From positions 64,001-128,000 of the forward strand of contig CAVPXI010000013.1 in NCBI GenBank assembly GCA_963709585.1: a stretch of 64,000 bases of DNA, read 5' to 3'. A program made the position numbers and the translations under genes. The notes below the pieces were generated by a model. That model had not been told where the DNA came from. It saw only the letters and a list, made by a program, of their open reading frames with translations, and searched no databases. Below, one piece after another: positions 60,191-64,000 of the stretch; position 1 is the stretch's first letter, and each line of letters opens with the position of its first letter. The DNA comes from Candidatus Dormiibacterota bacterium. Lineage in GTDB: Bacteria; Chloroflexota; Dormibacteria; Aeolococcales; Aeolococcaceae.

Positions 60191-61421
60191 TGCTCGTCGA
60201 GTTCATCGATTCTCCTGTCCTCTGAGTCGAGCTTCGGACCACCGACTCGATCTGCTCTGTGGAGTACACGTCGTCGACCGGGATCATGCCGCCGAGCGCC
60301 CCGATAATCCGCGTCACTGTCTCGGGTCGTCGCGACGCAGCCTCGTAATAGCGTCGCAGGTGGGCTGGCAGGGGCTTGAGAGCCGCCGCGCTCAGGGTCA
60401 GGCGAAATCCGTTAGCTGTCGCGTCATCGCGGCGCCGCTGGTAATCGATGAGTGCCTCCTTCCACGGGCGAGCCCCGACCAGTGCCGAGTGGGCGGCGGC
60501 GGCCAGCATCTCCGCGGACGCGAACGCGTCCGACATGCCGAACCCGGTCGTCGGGTCCTTGTGATGACCCGCATCGCCGGCAAGCGCCCAACCGTTGCCG
60601 TAGGACTTGCGGTAAAAGTTCACGAGATCGCTCGCGCCTCGGAATCGCTCCTCGCGGCGTCCAGATGCGATCTCATCGTGCAGACCGGGGATCGCCTCGA
60701 GCGACTTCATGAAATTCCCCTCGATGTCGCGCCGGAACTCGGCGAACTCTGACTGGTGCCCGCCCACATAGACGCAGGTCAGGTCATCATTGGTCGGCCA
60801 GCGCAGAATCAGCCGGCCGGGGCGCATGTGATAGGTCGGCGACCTGGTAGGAACGCCGCTCCAATACGAGTAGTACACAAAGGTCAGTGGCGGCTCCAGC
60901 ACGTACGGCTCAGCGCCGGCCTCCGCGGCGATCACCGAATGGCGTCCATCCGCGCCCACAACGAGGCGAGCATCGATACGCCTGGCAGCACTGGACGATG
61001 GTTTGATATCGACACCGCAGGCGTGCCCATCAGACCACCTCAGCGATCGCACAGACGTGCGGTCGAAGAGTTCTACCCCCACCTCGAGAGCCGCACCAAC
61101 CAGCATGCTGTCGAGTACGGTCCGCCGAGGGCAGAAAGCTGCGCTCACTTCTCGAACCGACGGTACCTGGCCAGTGAGCGAAACTGAGCCGAAGTCAAAC
61201 GTCAGCGACGGGATCGGTTGGCAGCCACGTGATTGGAGGCGGTCGAGCAGCCCCCAGGACTCCAGCAGCGCGGCACCGTGCGGCCACAAAAAGTGGCTCG
61301 AGATGGTGTCGCTCGGGAACTCGGCTCTGTCGACCAGCGCGACGCGGTGACCGCGCCGCGCCAGGAGCATCGCGAGTGACGCTCCGGCGCAGCGCGCTCC
61401 CACGACGACGACGTCGTACAT
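60180..61421 (-). CDS. NAD(P)/FAD-dependent oxidoreductase
   Basis: YDVVVVGARCAGA, VGADGRHS, GWALAGDAGHHKDP. Confidence 0.88.
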   Translation of the reverse strand: MYDVVVVGARCAGASLAMLLARRGHRVALVDRAEFPSDTISSHFLWPHGAALLESWGLLDRLQSRGCQPIPSLTFDFGSVSLTGQVPSVREVSAAFCPRRTVLDSMLVGAALEVGVELFDRTSVRSLRWSDGHACGVDIKPSSSAARRIDARLVVGADGRHSVIAAEAGAEPYVLEPPLTFVYYSYWSGVPTRSPTYHMRPGRLILRWPTNDDLTCVYVGGHQSEFAEFRRDIEGNFMKSLEAIPGLHDEIASGRREERFRGASDLVNFYRKSYGNGWALAGDAGHHKDPTTGFGMSDAFASAEMLAAAAHSALVGARPWKEALIDYQRRRDDATANGFRLTLSAAALKPLPAHLRRYYEAASRRPETVTRIIGALGGMIPVDDVYSTEQIESVVRSSTQRTGESMNSTSSDD

Positions 61422-61446
61422 CGTCGGTCAGCCCAGGGCGGAGGGG

Positions 61447-61674
61447 TTAGCCGACGGGTTGACCAGCCGCGAGCGCCTTGACGTCGGCCGTCGTGAGGGG
61501 ATTGCCGGCGATTCCCCAGTCCCCACTTTTGACCTCCTCAACGATGACCCACGTCACCGGACGCAACGCCTCGCCCTCGATCTCCACCATCGTATCCGTG
61601 AGCCTGCGGACGATGTCGCGCTTCTGGCTCTCATTGAACACTCCCTCGATCAGCTTGACGTTCACCAAGGGCAT
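61447..61674 (-). CDS. 4-oxalocrotonate tautomerase family protein
   Basis: N-terminal catalytic Pro (MPLVNVK)...EEVKSGDWGIAG; AAGGAGG RBS. Confidence 0.9.
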   Translation of the reverse strand: MPLVNVKLIEGVFNESQKRDIVRRLTDTMVEIEGEALRPVTWVIVEEVKSGDWGIAGNPLTTADVKALAAGQPVG

Positions 61675-61692
61675 CGTGGCCACCTCCTTGAA

Positions 61693-61751
61693 TAGCACGA
61701 CCGATCGGTCGTTTGTTGTGGTGAGGACCATAACACGACCGTTCGTGCTAT
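61693..61751. promoter_or_regulatory. Tandem TetR operators in the divergent promoter
   Basis: Perfect 16-bp palindrome ACGACCGATCGGTCGT (61697-61712) and related ACACGACCGTTCGTGCT (61733-61749). Confidence 0.7.
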
Positions 61752-61762
61752 ACAAGTCCCTG

Positions 61763-62419
61763 ATGCCATTACAGACCACCCGCGGCCTCGCCACCAGGCA
61801 AGGAATCCTGGAGGCTGCGACGGCCATCGCGAGCGTGGAGGGTCTCGAGGGCCTGACGCTTGGTCAACTCGCCGCCGACCTCTCGATGAGCAAGAGCGGC
61901 CTCTTCGCCCACTTCGGCTCCAAGGAGGACCTGCAGCTGGCGACGATCGAACATGCCCGGCAGATCTATGTTGACCAGGTGATCCTTCCGGGCCTGGCCC
62001 ACGCGCCCGGTATCGCGACGCTCTACCAACTCTGTGATCGGTACCTCGCCCTCATGGAGCGGCGAGCCTTCCCCGGTGGGTGCTTCTTTGCCGCGGCGAT
62101 GGCGGAGTTCGACGCGCGGCCAGGTGTCGTACGCGACACGATCGCGATGTTGCAACGCCAGTGGCTGGACCTGCTCGAAGGGGCAGCCCGGGACGGAGTC
62201 CGCCTCGGCGAGCTGAATCGTGGCGTCGATTCGGTCCAGCTCGGCTTCGAGCTTGAAGCCGCGATGCTCTCCGCCAACTGGTACTTCCACCTCTACAGTG
62301 ATGCCCGGTTCTTCGCCCTATCCCGGGCCGCCGTACAACGCACGCTAAGAGCGGCGGCGACGTCGAAGGGTCGACGCACGCTCGAAGGTACGGAAGAGGC
62401 GGTCACGCAGGGCCGCTGA
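61763..62419 (+). CDS. TetR family regulator
   Basis: LTLGQLAADLSMSKSGLFAHFGSKEDLQ; FPGGCFF. Confidence 0.9.
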   Translation: MPLQTTRGLATRQGILEAATAIASVEGLEGLTLGQLAADLSMSKSGLFAHFGSKEDLQLATIEHARQIYVDQVILPGLAHAPGIATLYQLCDRYLALMERRAFPGGCFFAAAMAEFDARPGVVRDTIAMLQRQWLDLLEGAARDGVRLGELNRGVDSVQLGFELEAAMLSANWYFHLYSDARFFALSRAAVQRTLRAAATSKGRRTLEGTEEAVTQGR

Positions 62420-62555
62420 GAGGGCGTTGCCAGTGTCCCCCTTGGTCTCCGGTCTCCCGGGGCCGAGGCCACACCGACGTTCGCAAACAAAGTCCGCGCG
62501 AGCCCTATGCGGGTCCGGTTGACGGCGCGAGGGCTTCGGCCGCAAGCTCCCAGCT

Positions 62556-64000
62556 GTGCCACGTCGCCGACTTCCCACCGGGACGGTCACCCTCCTCTTC
62601 ACGGACATCGAAGGGTCGACGCGCCTCCTGCAGGAGCTCGGCGACGGCTACGGCGTCGTCCTGGGGGAGCACCGCCGACTGCTACGTGAGGCCTTCCAAC
62701 GACACGATGGCATCGAGGTGGACACGCAGGGCGACGCGTTCTTTTATGCGTTCGCGAGGGCCACCGACGCTACCGCGGCAGCCCGAGAGGGCCAAGCTGC
62801 GCTGGCCGGCGGCGCTGTCCGCGTGCGCATCGGCATGCACACTGGCGAGCCGGTTCTGACCGACGAGGGCTATGTCGGCATCGACGTCCACCGGGCGGCG
62901 CGCATCTGCTCGGCGGCGCACGGAGGCCAGACGATTCTTTCGGACGCGACCGCCCGCCTTGTTGAGGCCGACCTCCGAGACCTCGGTGATCAGCGCCTCA
63001 AAGATCTGGATGCGCCGCTGCATTTGTACCAGCTGGGGCAGGATAATTTTCCCCCGCTGCGCACGCTCAACCTCAGCAACCTTCCGATCCAAGTGACGGC
63101 ACTTATCGGCCGTGAGCGCGAGTGTGATCAGGTGAGCACGCTGGTAGGGGAGCATCGTCTGGTCACGCTGGTCGGTCCGGGCGGCTGCGGCAAGACGCGA
63201 CTCGCCTTGCAAGTCGCCGCCGCAGCGATCGATGAGTTCAAGGATGGCGTCTTCTGGATACCCCTCGCCCCAGTGCGCGAGCCGGACCTTGTGGAGCCGA
63301 CCATCGCCAAGGTTGTGGGCATCTCCGGCGGCCTCGCTGCTCATCTCGCCAACCGTAAGGCCCTCCTCCTCCTCGACAATTTCGAGCAGCTCATCGACGC
63401 GGCCCCCAACCTCGGCGAGCTGCTCGGAGCAACAACAGCGCTCAAACTGCTGGTCACCAGCCGCGAACCGCTTCAGCTCTCGGGCGAGTGGGAATACGCC
63501 GTGCCGCCGCTGCCACAGAACGACGCGATCGCCCTCTTCACGGAACGAGCGCGGGCGTTGAAGACCGACTTCGAGCCGGACGCCGCCGTCGCCGACGTCT
63601 GCCGCCGTCTTGACGGACTGCCGCTTGCGATCGAGCTTGCCGCAGCACGCGTGAAGGTGCTCGGACCCCAGCAGCTTCTCGACCGGCTGGGACGGCGCCT
63701 CGATGTCCTCACTTCCGGAACACGCGACGTCCCGACAAGACAGCGAACACTACGTGCGACGATCGACTGGAGCTACGAGCTCCTCGCTCCCACGGAGCAG
63801 GAGCTCTTCATGCGGCTCGCGGTGTTCCTGGGCGGTTGGACACTGGACGCAGCGGAGGCAGTCGCCGACGCCGGCATCGACACCCTGGAGTCGCTCGTCG
63901 TCAAGAGCCTGGTGGGTCGCAACGGAGATCGGTTCGGAATGCTGGAGACCCTCAGGGAGTACGCGCTCGAACGCCTGGATGCGTCGGGTCAGAGCGAGCG
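62556..64000 (+). CDS. Class III nucleotidyl cyclase-STAND ATPase fusion, 3' partial
   Basis: Manual translation: [61 protein letters not shown]; open to the window edge. Confidence 0.9.
   Translation, partial: MPRRRLPTGTVTLLFTDIEGSTRLLQELGDGYGVVLGEHRRLLREAFQRHDGIEVDTQGDAFFYAFARATDATAAAREGQAALAGGAVRVRIGMHTGEPVLTDEGYVGIDVHRAARICSAAHGGQTILSDATARLVEADLRDLGDQRLKDLDAPLHLYQLGQDNFPPLRTLNLSNLPIQVTALIGRERECDQVSTLVGEHRLVTLVGPGGCGKTRLALQVAAAAIDEFKDGVFWIPLAPVREPDLVEPTIAKVVGISGGLAAHLANRKALLLLDNFEQLIDAAPNLGELLGATTALKLLVTSREPLQLSGEWEYAVPPLPQNDAIALFTERARALKTDFEPDAAVADVCRRLDGLPLAIELAAARVKVLGPQQLLDRLGRRLDVLTSGTRDVPTRQRTLRATIDWSYELLAPTEQELFMRLAVFLGGWTLDAAEAVADAGIDTLESLVVKSLVGRNGDRFGMLETLREYALERLDASGQSE

Overview
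High-GC bacterial accessory region (gene content resembles Actinomycetota/Chloroflexota/Dormibacterota soil lineages; taxonomy cannot be fixed from the window alone). It has about 65 recognisable genes and gene remnants and no integrase, transposase, rRNA, intact tRNA or CRISPR. The main signal is non-coding: the window is cut into cargo segments by two families of co-oriented repeats built around tRNA 3' fragments. Family A has five copies of a 48-bp tRNA-Pro(GGG) 3' half with conserved arms of ~110 bp and ~195 bp, at about 2.1, 26.5, 47.2, 49.0 and 58.6 kb. Family B has four ~115-145-bp sites, three retaining a core matching the tRNA-Gly(CCC) 3' end, with TGGACG repeats spaced 11 bp apart, at about 38.7, 43.1, 45.6 and 46.9 kb, plus a free tRNA-Gly 3' half at 2.4 kb. 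These look like tandem att junctions delimiting integrase-less gene cassettes of 1-24 kb, i.e. an integron-like, tRNA-anchored cassette array (inference). Cargo includes an sqr-tusE-dsrE-osmC sulfur operon, a hemerythrin-fused P1B-5 ATPase, an ApbE/ferric-reductase/NuoF/ferredoxin flavinylation module, zwf-gnd, transporters, a PIN-RHH toxin-antitoxin pair, ECF sigma factors, STAND regulators, and three paralogs of an unannotated ~60-aa zinc-ribbon protein. The first segment carries a recurring DosR-like operator. Many genes are frameshifted, nonsense-interrupted, truncated or partly inverted.
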